NCBI RefSeq assembly: GCF_002571385.2
Contig: NW_019217869.1
Location: 361,731 to 425,730 of the forward strand
Source of the DNA: Stylophora pistillata
Lineage: Eukaryota
DNA: 64,000 nucleotides
Direction of reading: 5' to 3'
The notes beneath the pieces were generated by a model, which worked only from the letters and a program-made list of their open reading frames with translations, did no database searches and had not been told where the DNA came from. The first letter of the stretch is position 1. Each line of letters begins with the position of its first letter. Both the position numbers and the translations under genes were made by a program. This document shows positions 12,157-24,194 of this stretch, in pieces.

Positions 12157-14326
12157 TTATCTTTGGTTTAGTTTCGTTCATTCAAAATCATTGCGTTGTG
12201 TGTTTTCTCTTTGATGATATCATCCGCAAAAATTTCAAGAGAAGTATAATTCTGAAACCATACGTACATGAAGTATATCTCTGCACCATAACTTGTAAAT
12301 TAAAGTTTATATAACACTTACTACGGTTTTGGGTAAAACAACCTTTCAAATAGAATCGCACACGTTTTGAACATTTTCGTGCAACAAAACATTCTTTTCC
12401 TAAATATGCTGGATCTGGCCGCGAGGCTCTGTCCTTAGGTAACACGGAGAGGAAAGCAAAATTATGCAATAAATTATAATTTTTAAGGCATAAAATCTTT
12501 AAAGGACTCAGGGCACTAACTGTTGTCTTGGTTTCATTGCCCATTAAGAGTCTTGTTTAGTACAACATATTTCTACTTCGAGAGATCTATCCTCGCCTAA
12601 TGGTCGGTTATAAGGATAAATAGGGCTATTAATGTTTAATATCACCTCTTTATCAGTCGAGTTGCAAAAGTGGTTGAGTTTCTTTCCTGCTAAGCAGGTT
12701 GTAAATCTTCGGTGCCACTATTCCGCTGTAGTTATTATTTAGTATTTTTTTAAGATATTCAAATACAGTGTTTAAGGTGCAAATTTGAACATGAATAAGT
12801 AGAATGTTTGTTGAATATTTCCTTCTATCGTGACATTGGTGTTTTCACAGAATTGTTTAGCTTTTGTGCAAAGCCCAAGGGTAAACAAAAACGAAATTTC
12901 CTCATTTGACAGTACAAACTCAGCAGACCTTTTGTGTTTCTATCGGCATTTGCATTTTGTTCCAAATCCACAATTTGGCTCTCCAAAGAGTAATAAATCA
13001 GTTACGGTATCAGAAAAGAAAAGATTTGCTCTTGGCGCAAGCAGGTGACTGCAAAGAGTAAGTGAGGCGGAAGAATTATTTCCATGACTGTTGACATCAC
13101 TCAGTTTTATTAGTTAAGGTTAGCTGAGTTGCCTTATTGATCCTGATTTGAACATTTGAAAGTTTTCCTGCGATACGAAGATTGAAGAAATCACAACGCA
13201 GTTGGCGTAAAGTAGGGTTTCGGTAATGTCATAACTGTCGCTTGAGCGTAAATGAAGATACAGTAGGACACACTAACAAACGGAAACAAATTACGACATG
13301 AAATAAATGTCGATTAAGAAATCGCCTTACAAGAATCTTAAAGACCACAGAGACACGAACCGCTGCATACAAAGAAAGTTGTGGTGTATCAGTTAGGTCG
13401 GGATGAGGAATAACTGGTTCATTTGCTACACTGAATGTAGATCTAATATACTATGTTTCCTTTTGATCTTTCTTTCGTTCTATTTTTTATCAATCGAAAA
13501 TAAAATTGTACGAAGGAAGAAAAATGGCTACGTGAACATAAAAGATTTCGCAAAATTTGGCTTTGTAATAGGAAATGAGAAATATTATTTACACAGTAAT
13601 GACAAATATGCCTATTTATGTTCATTAGGAAGGCGACGTCGTTAACGTTAACGTCAATACTAACTGATCAAAACCCACTCCCGTGTATTTAATTTAATTG
13701 TTCCTCTCTATAATCACATGCAAAAATCAGCAAGAAACGAAGAAGTCACGAAGTATCCTCATATTTCAGTTTTTGAGAAACAAAACCTATAATATCAATT
13801 GGAGGCGTTCAATTGATGACTACAGGTAGACTAAACTTTTTTTCATCTCCATTTTGTTTTTCTTTGTACTTTTGGTTTTTGCTTCCTACAAGAAAGTCAT
13901 GGACTTTCCTAATCTTTTAGTTTGCGCTGGGTGTTTTTAAAACAAAGTCTGTAACAGAAATTAAAAGAGTTGATTCGACGGCTACAAATGAGCTAAACTT
14001 TCGTTTTTCTTTTGTAATCTTTATCTTGTTTTTCTATTTTCTTTCGGATTTTTTGCTGCGTTCGAAATTAGCATTAGTAAAGCCGGGTAAATACGAAGCT
14101 GTTCTTCTCAATGCAACACCTAGTGACATACGACATTCTCTTAATAGGAAAAAAAAATTGATTCGAACATTCAAGAGTATATTTTAATATTTCAATAATT
14201 TATTCTTTGTCATCTCTGGGCTACTTGTAATGTTTCTTATTTGAATTCAGTAACCTCCATGTATAACCATTGAAATTAAGACCTTAATTTCCAAAGAATT
14301 TTACATGCTGCAAATATCATTCTAGA

Positions 14327-14444
14327 GTTACTTTATTTCACCTTAGACCCCAGAAATGGACACGCGCATAGGTGATAGACACATTATACCATCGGTTACT
14401 TTATTTCATCTTAGACCCCAGAAATGGACATGCGCATAGGGGAT
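14327..14444. repeat. Local direct duplication of about 50 bp, period about 68 bp
   Basis: GTTACTTTATTTCA(C/T)CTTAGACCCCAGAAATGGACA(C/T)GCGCATAGG occurs twice. Confidence 0.85.
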
Positions 14445-17035
14445 GTAAGTAATTATGGACTTTTGCTCGCCTTTTGATTTTGGAACAGGACTTGTCGTCT
14501 CATGGGTCACGTACAGTCCAAGAAAGTAGGTAACGTGAATGTTAAAGTGGGCAATTTCTCAGATTTATACGGTTTTGTTTCGATCAAATGTAATTGGGTG
14601 TATTCAATCGATCAACAAAAAGTCAAATATAACTAAAGCAAAACACGAGTATAGTGACGATCAATTTGCGTTCAGTTTTCATGACAAGAAAAATGACCGC
14701 GTCAGAATAAGGAAAAACGCACAGACTATTAGCCTGGAACTATGTAAGAAAGAGAGACAATGGAATTTTACTAATAAGTAAGAAACTAACGAGATTGGTT
14801 CTGGTTGAAGCAAAGTTTGACACGGATTTCAATTAAACAACTATGAAAAATTAGCTGAAATACTTCAAAGTTGATCAAACAGCCTGATTTGCATCTTAAG
14901 TGCCACCTACAATGGGCCTAAGATTTTTTCATCTCATCAAGAGGGTTACGGTGTTTTACCGGAGTCATAAACTGAAGAGTTTAATTCTGTCACAATGATA
15001 TTCATGTAATTAATGATAGATGGCCCTTTTAATATGTTTTTGATGTTAATATAGACGGATGTCGCAACTTGATTTCCTTTAGCTGCCTGTTATTTTTCGT
15101 CTTTAGACACAGCATTTTGTCCGTCGATTGTATAGGTCCATGTGAAGTGTCTTTAATTTCCTCGGCGGTATTATTCTGAATCCATAGATGAAAACTATTT
15201 GTGCAAACACTCATTTAACAGAAAGCATTATTGCATTATACGTTAGATAACGATGTTTGTTCGAAATAACGAGGCCGTGGACGAAGTTGAGATTACCGGC
15301 GTTGGCAAAGAGGGAAGAAATATAAGGTAACAACAGCAGGCTGTGACTTTAGCATACAATTTACGGTTTTTTATAGCGTCTTTTATTTTACTGTTTTTTT
15401 CTTTTTTTTTTAGTGCAGAATATGATTTGAGAAATCATTTGAAGTTGTGAACTATATATAACAGTTTAGGCGTACAACAGAGTTCGAATTGGATAAAATA
15501 GATTCAATCAGTTGGTGCTATTTAGTTTTCATAAGTAGATTGAACGATCTCCCGACAAACTCTAAGATCAAGCAAATTTATTGTTTTTAACCTATTCGGG
15601 CAATCATCTAAGATTCGGTTCGGCCATATCTTAACTTCTATTGCCGATGTTTGTTGAATTTTGATCATTTTAGATTTTTTTTTTCTTTTCTCATTTTTTC
15701 TAGCGAACAGCAATGTAATAGGTTGAGTCATATTCACTCTGAAATTGTATTTTACTAACGAACCTTCCACCTTTAATGACATTTTAATCCGCTTGTAGAT
15801 TTTTTTTCTTATTTCGATTTCTAAGGGACAAATGGAATATTTAGAACGTTATTTAATAATATTGTAAATCTTAGAATTACAACAATATTTTATTTTCCTA
15901 ATATTACCACGAAGGCTTAATTACACTTTTGATACGTATTTCCTTCCATTAAACTTCCCATTTACTTGATTTCCAATTCCTTTTAGCATTTTTGTCATCA
16001 TTATGTTTTTTTGTACACTTGCCTTCTAATTTCTCTTTCATAATTCGAAACTCATCTATTTTCCTTAAATAGCATTAGACCCAAAAAGTCAGGGGATTAT
16101 GCCGTCTTGTTGGCTTTAAATTCATTTTATGTTGTCAAAAATATCAACGTTCTTGCTGTCATCGTTTTCAACTACCTATGACACGTTATGTTAAATTCAT
16201 GATAGGCGACAGCTAAGATGTGTCATTGCGTTCGTTAGCCTGGTGTTTCACACCTTTCAATCAAAGGCTAGATTTTCAGAGCGAATAATTCATTTTCCGA
16301 TCTGTTTTTGAAATTCTAACCTTTTAGGTGACGGTGGTGCAATTGGAAATCTAGCCGTGTCCGCTTACTGATTACAAAGCACTGAGCAAGGTAACCGCTA
16401 AAAGAGAATAGTTTTTAGGCTGGTCACAAGCACATCGGGGCAGATTTGGCTCAAAAAAGTGATCTTGTTGAGAACGTAATTGCAATTTATGATTAACGGT
16501 ACTCTCTGCTATGTGGCTTTAAATTTACGCGTAAAGTGCAGGAAGAAAAATTTTATATTCAATTTTAATAATCTGTTGAGCAATTTGTTTGGAGAAAGTC
16601 TTATTAATTCTTTGTATTGCTTTCGTTCCTCCTGTCTACAGTGGAGAAATTTCAAGTGGACAAACTCGATGCAGCTCAATCTGGAAAAAAAACTTTGTCT
16701 TTAGAATTGACGTCTACATTCAAATTTAGATTCGTTATCATTTTTTTTTAAATTTAGCTTTCAGTTAATGAAACTTGAATCTCTTTTTTTTTTTTTTCAA
16801 CCATAACTCAAGTCATACGACGGATTATATCTTCAACTTTTTCTTCGTTCAAAGAAAGAAGCCAAGAACAACCGCGGGACATTATTAGCCAAATGTAATC
16901 AGAGATTATTTTAATTTCGATGCTTCCTCAGTTTGGTGCTCTTTTTTATGACATGCAACAGAAAAGGGTTTTATGGCGGAACTTGTCCCACATCTTTTTA
17001 ATAGCGAAGAAACCATGACAGACGTTACTAACAGT

Positions 17036-17389
17036 TACAATGTATATATGAAGCTCATATTTTTAACTGCGGTATTTGACACGTATGATGCACGATCCTC
17101 GCAGTAGAGAACGCTATTTATGCAATAGCGAAAATCTGACCTGAAAAAAATCAGGCCTGTACGGGACTCGAACCACTGACCTCTGCAATAGTAGTGCAGC
17201 GCTCTACCAATTGAGCTAACAAGCCAACTGGGAGCAGGCCGTTAAGTTGATTCGTAATAAACCCGTGATGATAAATCAGATACAATGTATATATGAAGTT
17301 CATATATTTTGAACTGCGGTATTAGATACGTATGATGTACGATCCTTCGCAGTAGATAGCGCTATGTATGCAATAGCGAAAATCACTAA
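17036..17389 (-). mobile_element. tRNA-derived SINE-like element, about 1.4 tandem units of 245 bp, 11-bp TSD
   Basis: TSD TTACTAACAGT at 17025-17035 and 17390-17400; about 103-bp direct repeats starting at 17036 and 17281 enclose a tRNA-like head. Confidence 0.85.
17153..17225 (-). pseudogene. tRNA-like cloverleaf (SINE head), not a bona fide tRNA
   Basis: GGCTTGT-TAGCTCAATTGGTAGAGC-G-CTGCA-CTACTAT-TGCAG-AGGTC-AGTGG-TTCGAGT-CCCGT-ACAGGCC. A and B boxes and acceptor, D and anticodon stems pair; the T stem has 2 mismatches. Confidence 0.75.
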
Positions 17390-17470
17390 TTACTAACAGT
17401 GTCACGTTGAGTGAATTAAAGAAATACATATCGTATATTCACTGGCTTTTTTTCTCGCAGCTGACGCAGT

Positions 17471-18609
17471 ATGGAGAACACCACGTCAAAGCCTCTATCA
17501 AGCATGGACCAAGCCTTTTGCGTAACATTTTGGGTGATCGCCGTTGTTTCATTTGTTCTAAACTTGTTGTTCGCCGTTGTACTTGCGAGGAAACCTTCCA
17601 TGCTAAAAAGGCCTCATAATATTCTACTGTTCAGTTTGGCCGTTGTTGATATGCTAACTGGTGAGTTTACGGCAATTCTCTTGTCTTTAGCGGTTATGGT
17701 TCTCTAAACAATCTTTATGCAACATTTTTGGAGAGATCACTCTTTGTGATTACTTTGGTTTTAATTTTAAGTCTGTAAGCCAACAATTAAATTACTTTTA
17801 TATATTTTAACTAAGAGGTCGTGTGCTATTTATCTCTTTCAGGTGTCTTTCTCGTAGCTACTCCCGGGTATGCCATCCCCACATCGAAATACCCAGTCCC
17901 TCTTGGATTACGCGGTCAGATTTTTTGCCGCCTGCTCGCCAACAGATATCTCCTGTTTGCATTGGGAAAAGTTTCCATCCTCCTCGTGGCCTGCCTCGCC
18001 TTTGAACGATGGTATTGTGTGTTAAGGCCATTCAAATACAAGCATCAATTTAAAAGAAAGCGTACCATCGTTTATGTTTTCATCGCGTTTATGATCACTT
18101 GCATTCTATCCATGAATAAGTTGTTCGAAACGAGCTTAGATGGTAGCAAGTGTGTCACTGATAAAGCTCCGTTTGGAATTGACGGTACTCGGGCGTTTGT
18201 CATCGTCTACAGTTTTGTGGCATTTTACATACCCTGTTTGTTAACATGGCTCACATTTGGCCATATTAAGCTAAATCTCCCCTCATCCCCTGGGGAAAGC
18301 GCTGAGAACGTAAACAAACGAAGGCGAATGGACATGTTACTGCGCATGTGCGCTGTAACCGCAGCAGCCATGACAGTGTGTGGTTTTCCTTCGCAGACCA
18401 ATTACATTCTAAGCTTTTTTGGCCTTACAGAAGTTAAAAGCCCGCTGCATAAGGCGTTTAATGTTCTGGTGTTTGTTAATTCATGCATGAATCCGTTGAT
18501 ATACTGCCTTACCAACAAGGATTACAGGAGAGAGTTCAAAAAGCTTCTTGGATGCCACAGAGGTAACGAAATATCTCCAGAAACCGACCACGGCACCACT
18601 CTGGCCTGA
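17471..18609 (+). CDS. Class A GPCR paralog, about 318 aa, 2 coding exons (17471-17660, 17843-18609)
   Basis: Same phase-1 intron after DMLTG; AFERW; NSCMNPLIY; shares ATPGY, LLANRYLLF and KVSILLV with the GPCR at 4932-6734. Confidence 0.93.
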
Positions 18610-18840
18610 GTTCAAGCGGTTTTTTTTTCCGTTTCTTTCATGGCAGAGAGAGAAAAACTTACTTTAACGTCCTCCTCCCGTGTGAGGCAGATACGGAAAG
18701 GGAGAGGTCATATTCTTAGACAAGAGACAGCTCACGTTCCCTTGTCCGGGCTAGCTCCACTCATTTTCAAGCTACAGCACCTGCCACGTACTCTTGTAAA
18801 GATTTTTATCTTGCAGTAAGTCCATAAAAAAAAAAAAAAC

Positions 18841-19654
18841 AGTTCGCCAGCTTATCCGCAAAGCAACGGAAAGGTAGAAGCGGCTGTTAACTCAGCTAAA
18901 AATGTTATGAGGAAGTCAAGAAAAGCCAGAACAGACCCATATCTCGCTCTCTTAGAATACAGAAACATGCCCAGTCAAGGATTGGGCACCAGTCCAGTGC
19001 AGCGGTTGATGTCAAAGCGCACAGGAGCACAACTACCCATCATTCCTAAGCTTCTCAGGCCAGTTGTCCAGCCCAAGATCCATCAGAAGCTTCTCGCCAA
19101 GAAAGAACGACAAGTCCTTGCTTACAATAGTAAGTTCAAAACCTGCTTTAGTGGCTGAAGAAGGCGTTGAGCAATCGGATCAACAGTGGATATCCTTACC
19201 CGAACACGCACAGACCGGTCATGAGCTCTCCGCGCCGTGTTTGTGGACAACCGGTGGTCAAGTAGATGCGACCATGGAGCATGCAATGGCATTTCGGCAA
19301 CCGGAGCCACTTGTTCAGCCTAGTGGGTTACCTGTGCAAGGCCCAACAACGCGATCAGGCAGAGTTGTTAAGAAGCCAGCTTATTTAAGGGATTATGTTA
19401 CAGGGATGTAACCAGCGTCGAAGCTTTCTACGCTTCACAAACTTTGAACAGTTGAACTCACTTACATTGTCTGTTAGTTTGTTATTTGTTTATCCTGTTT
19501 CTCTTTATTTTATTTTATTTTTTATTTTATTTTATAAGGGAAAGGATGTAACAATAGGCATTGTTTAGTAGTAACCTCCTTTGAGTGTTCAAACTTAAGG
19601 GACGGACGTTTGTAATAACGAGGCAGTTGGTGTAACACTTGATGGGAGACATTA
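18841..19654 (+). mobile_element. Gypsy LTR retrotransposon 3' part: integrase C-terminus, PPT, partial 3' LTR
   Basis: SSPAYPQSNGKVEAAV..DPYLALLEYRN..SPVQRLM and TTRSGRVVKKPAYLRDYV*; PPT AAGGGAAAGGA directly before TGTAACA at 19547; LTR match ends about 19654. Confidence 0.9.
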
Positions 19655-21737
19655 CAATCAAGATATCATCATGAATGGTTAATACACCCGTCAGGCCGTC
19701 AAGTGCGTGGTTAAGCCTTCGTTGGAACTCCTCGGGGGCCGAACAAAGACCAAAGGGTAGGCGACGCCAGCAAAATCTTCCAAAGGGAGAATTGAACGTT
19801 GTTAAGCGTGAACTGTCATCGTCAAGTTCAATGTGCCAGAAACCGTTCTTTGCGTCCACAGTGTAGAACACTTTAGCCCTGGTAAGCTCAGGTAGAATAT
19901 CTTCAACTGTCGGGGTTGGGTAGTGGCTCCTCCTAAGGACTTTGTTGAGGTCCTTAGTGTCCAGGCAAACACGAATCTGTCCATTAGGTTTTTGCACGAT
20001 AACGAGGCTCGGAACCGAACCGGTAGGCTCTATGACTTTTTCTATGATATCAAGACTCTGCAACCGTTCCAACTCTCGTTTCAGTGCTCCCTTGAGCGCG
20101 ACAGGTACTCTTCTGGGAGGATGGACCACTGGCTTAGCATTTTCTTCAATTTCCATCTTGTACCGCCCCTTCAATTTTCCAGTGCCTTGAAACACATCTG
20201 GGTACTCCTTTTTAAACTTCTTCCATAGAAAGGGGGCGCTGATTATAGCGCTTAACCCCAGTGTTGACGGTCATAACAGTTTGGTGTTGCACCCTGACCA
20301 AATCCATCTGCTACATCGTTGATTTCCTAAAATCGGTGTTGACTGATCATCGTCCACAACAACAAATTCGATCTGATACGTTTTGGAATTCTTGGGGTTA
20401 GATACTGCTACAGCACACGTTCCAAGAGGTTTCATAATTGTGTTGTTGTACATCGTGAGTAATTTCCGCATGGGAAACAGTTGGACTTCAGTTCTAAGGA
20501 ACTTTGCGGGAATCAAATTGCATGTCGCGCCACTATCCAGTTGAAACTTAACTGGTGTGTTTCCGAAGTTAATTGTAGCAAACAATTTTATAGCATATTC
20601 CAGATCGCTTGCTACATGAACCCTAACTACTTAACTTTCATCCACCGAGTGGAGCGTGAGGCAGTATTCGTAGAGCTCGCTTTCACTTTCTGATTCGACG
20701 ACGTTCGCTCTCGTTTTAGAAAGGCATTGAGAACTGAAATGATTCATTCTTCCGCAAGCCGAACACCTCTTCCCGAATGCTGGGCAACTTTTCTTGGCAG
20801 CCCGATGTTTTCCACCACAAAATTTTCATCTTAGTACTTCTTTAGGACTGGAATCTCTCGTGTTCCGATCGTCATTTTCGCGCCTCTTGCTAGCAGACTT
20901 GTCATGGCTTTTGTTAGCTGACACCTTGCTGCGCTTCGTTTGGTCCTTTAATGAGTTTACTGCTTCGCCCTCTTCCAAAGTTTTAGTACGCGTTTTCGAC
21001 ATCTCGGCTGCTCTACAAATGCTGAGGCATCTTTGTAAATCAAGATCTGGGATCTTAAGCAGTTCTTCTCGATCGAAGCTGCCGGTCCTGGATTCCACAA
21101 ATGATCAGATCTCTCACCAACGAATCTTTAAGATCACCCAAGTTACACGTCGTCGCCAACAGCTTCAAATCTGTAACGAACTTTTCTTGTGATTCACCCG
21201 GGTCCTGAGTGCGGAGAAAACCTTGAACCGTTCCACACTTTCATTCTTTCTGGGATTACAATGCCCGTCGAACGCTTCTAACACCTGCGTTAAGGTTCTT
21301 TCCGACGCGAGAATTTCGAAGGCCATCGTGTCATAAATTTCTCTTCCTTGACTGCCGATTGAATACAGAAATAACTTTACTTTCGTCGCTTCGCCTCTGC
21401 CGTTCATTGTCAGATCCATCTTTTCCAACTGTCAGCCAAGTTTGTCGCATCAAAGTCTAGCTGAGCTGGAGGTTTAAGCTGTGCAATCCTGTCAGTCGCT
21501 CCCGCATTTGCACTTGCCTGTTGTCCGTCCGTCTGCATTGTAGGTTTCTATCGAACAGTTTCGGTCTATTCCGCTCTCACTCCTTACACCATGTTTATTT
21601 ACGAAAGAATCGTTTTAATGTGTCCCATCAAGTGTTACACCATCTGCCTCGCTATTACAAACGTCCGTCCCTTAAGTTCGAACACTCAAACGAGGCTACT
21701 ACTAAACAAAATGCATTGCACAATGCATATTGTTACA
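19655..21737 (-). mobile_element. Gypsy LTR retrotransposon 5' part: 5' LTR, PBS, decayed gag-protease-RT
   Basis: LTR TG..CA at 21737-21592; PBS TGGTGTAAGGAGTG (tRNA-Leu-like) at 21591-21578; knuckle CSACGRMNHFSSQC; protease LDSGA; RT DAKNGFWH, RLPFGL, IHDD, truncated just after DD; several frameshifts and stops. Confidence 0.92.
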
Positions 21738-24194
21738 CTGACTTTCCACGCTGTAGAGGTAAAAAAAAAATAATAAATTTCTCCAAAAATTTTGCCTTTT
21801 TTTCCTGTCCCAGAGTGGATATACTGACTCGATAATCCTGCGTCCAAATAAAGCAAGTTGTTTGGTAATTTATGTCAATATGATAAAATGTATGTATGGA
21901 TATAACCTGTGGTAACAGGTGTTACCTGTAAATCTTTTCAGACAAAACCACTGATCATTGGTCGCAATTGACTTTTAGGTATCGTGGGTAAACCAAATAG
22001 ACCTCTTTTCTTAAATTTTTTTTAGATATTAACTCTTTCAGACTTGTGGATACAATTTCGGAACTTAATCTAAGAGATAATGGACAACACATTTTTGATC
22101 AATCAGCGGAAATATCTCGATGCTGATCTGGCCAGCATGTTCTGACCATGTTTTAGTCAGTCCCAATAAATGACAATGATGATAAAGATAAAAAACAAAA
22201 AAATATCTGGCCCATGCAAAATGAGCTATTAACACTACTAAGTTTACCAATATTGTAACTACACATAAACATTGAAACAAAGAACACACAGTGTAAGGTC
22301 AAATTAAACTTCAGTTCTCTTTTTGTACGAGATTTCCTCTCTTTTGTGTCAGCTAGTTACCAGTTCTTGTAAAGGAGTTCATAAGGGCTGAAGAGATCTG
22401 TAAAATGGCAAGCTTGCAGTTTTAGTACGATCAAGAGAGGATGGTCTCTTGGTAAAGTGCATCTAAAGAGTACTGTTGCACGAATTGCAAAATTAACTCT
22501 CAAAGGTCACAGTTATATTTTAAGAATTCTTATCAATCATGAGTCAAAATAATTGTCTTTTTGATTCATCGACTTCGCCTGTTCCATCACGGACTCTTAC
22601 TTTCATATGGAACACTCTTGTCCGATTTCGGACTTTCCCCTCTCATTTCTCTGATTTTGGACGCCTCCGTCCAGTTTCGGACACCCATGTCGATTAAAGC
22701 CTCCTTAGTCTCATTTTGGACTGTTCCATCGGATTTCGAAGGGATAGCTCAGTTGAGGTAGTTCTAACCAAACAAAGGTCATAAAACTTCTTTCTTTTCA
22801 AATTTTGTTTCATGCCTCAATATATTGTATTCAATTTCGGATTTTGATAGAAGACTAGAGCGTGGATACGGAAATATGAATTACCTTGCGTCTGTCTTAC
22901 TAATCCCGAATCCCGTTTCCTGACACCCGACACCCGACACAATGAACCGATTGCAGACGTATTCGTCCGATTTTGAGCATATCTCCGTCCTCCTGATTTC
23001 GATTAAATAAGTTCCAAGTTGTTTCAACGGGGACATGTTTTAACCACGCGCAAGTTATGATAAATATTTGGTTCCCTCACTAAAGTTTGGCATTGAAATA
23101 ATTTTGTTCTTGAAAACTTGGCTACTGCTGATTCATCCTAGACTTAAGAAATAACGAGGAAGGATAACAAACAACGCTGCTTTGGAAAAGAGTCTTCAGT
23201 GATCTTGTCCAAATGGGGGAGGGAAACCTGCACAATCAGTATTGATGACGAAATCCGGAATGTGACTGCTGAAATAAAAGCAGAAGCATGCGAAGCATTC
23301 AAGAGCTGAGTTTGTTTCTAGGATTTGTGGGTTCGATTGGGACACTTTAGTGTAAATGATGTTTTTTTTTTCCTTATGACAAAAAGCATTGACCCTCAAA
23401 ACATCCCACCAGAAAATCAAATTTACTTTAAAAAATAGCAAAAGCGGAAACCCTTCCAGTTATCTGAAGTAACCCCAATTGTCTTTGTCATGTGATCAAT
23501 TATAAGCGGAAATAAACTACTCGGTGCGATGCTAACGGCCGGTGACAAAATCGAAGTTATTCCATTAACGCTTTTTGCCTCAAAAGTACTATTCCATAGA
23601 ATTTATATTTACCGCGGAAAGTACAACCAAAGTTCGATTCTATCACCCATAAATCAAAACCAAAGGTATTTTGCGGTCTTTATTCTTCGAGTAAGTGAAA
23701 ATTATTTTGTTGAACCGGAGCAAAGGATCACACTTCATAGGCTTTGATCCTTTTCCATACAAAATGATTAAATAATGAAGTGTTTAGAATCAAGATATTT
23801 TTCCGAGTTATTATAGGTATGGAAAACTACACTGATTTGATTCAGTGTGATAGATCTTGTCTTCTTCTGCAGTTTTTTCTCTCTTCAAACATCCGAGATT
23901 GTGTTACATGAGCTTAACTGATCTGATTTCCGGTTAACTTCAGGTCACGTCCGCAATATCCGGTCTAGCAAGTTTTGCTGCTTGGTAACCTGCCTTCTGA
24001 TTTTCTGCGCTCTGATTGGCTGAGCCAGCTAAAACCGCCGTGAAACATGTTTGTGTTGTGTACAAGAAATAAAATTTTTCCAAGCGAGTTGGAAATACCG
24101 GCCTAACAGCATTTGGCAAGTATCCTCGTTGTAGTTCACTCGTTATATTTTTTTTTAAGTCCGGGAGGGATTTTTCCTGTTTTCTAACGGAAAT

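Noticed and set aside
6800-17000. Hidden coding genes between the two GPCRs
   Set aside because: Only short low-complexity ORFs; no motif-bearing exons recognised.
17153-17225. Functional tRNA-Ser(ACT)
   Set aside because: Broken T stem, no long variable arm, atypical anticodon, and it is embedded in a TSD-flanked repeat.
24167-24177. NF-kB-like site GGGATTTTTCC in the MYLIP 5' region
   Set aside because: Short degenerate motif expected by chance; no independent support.
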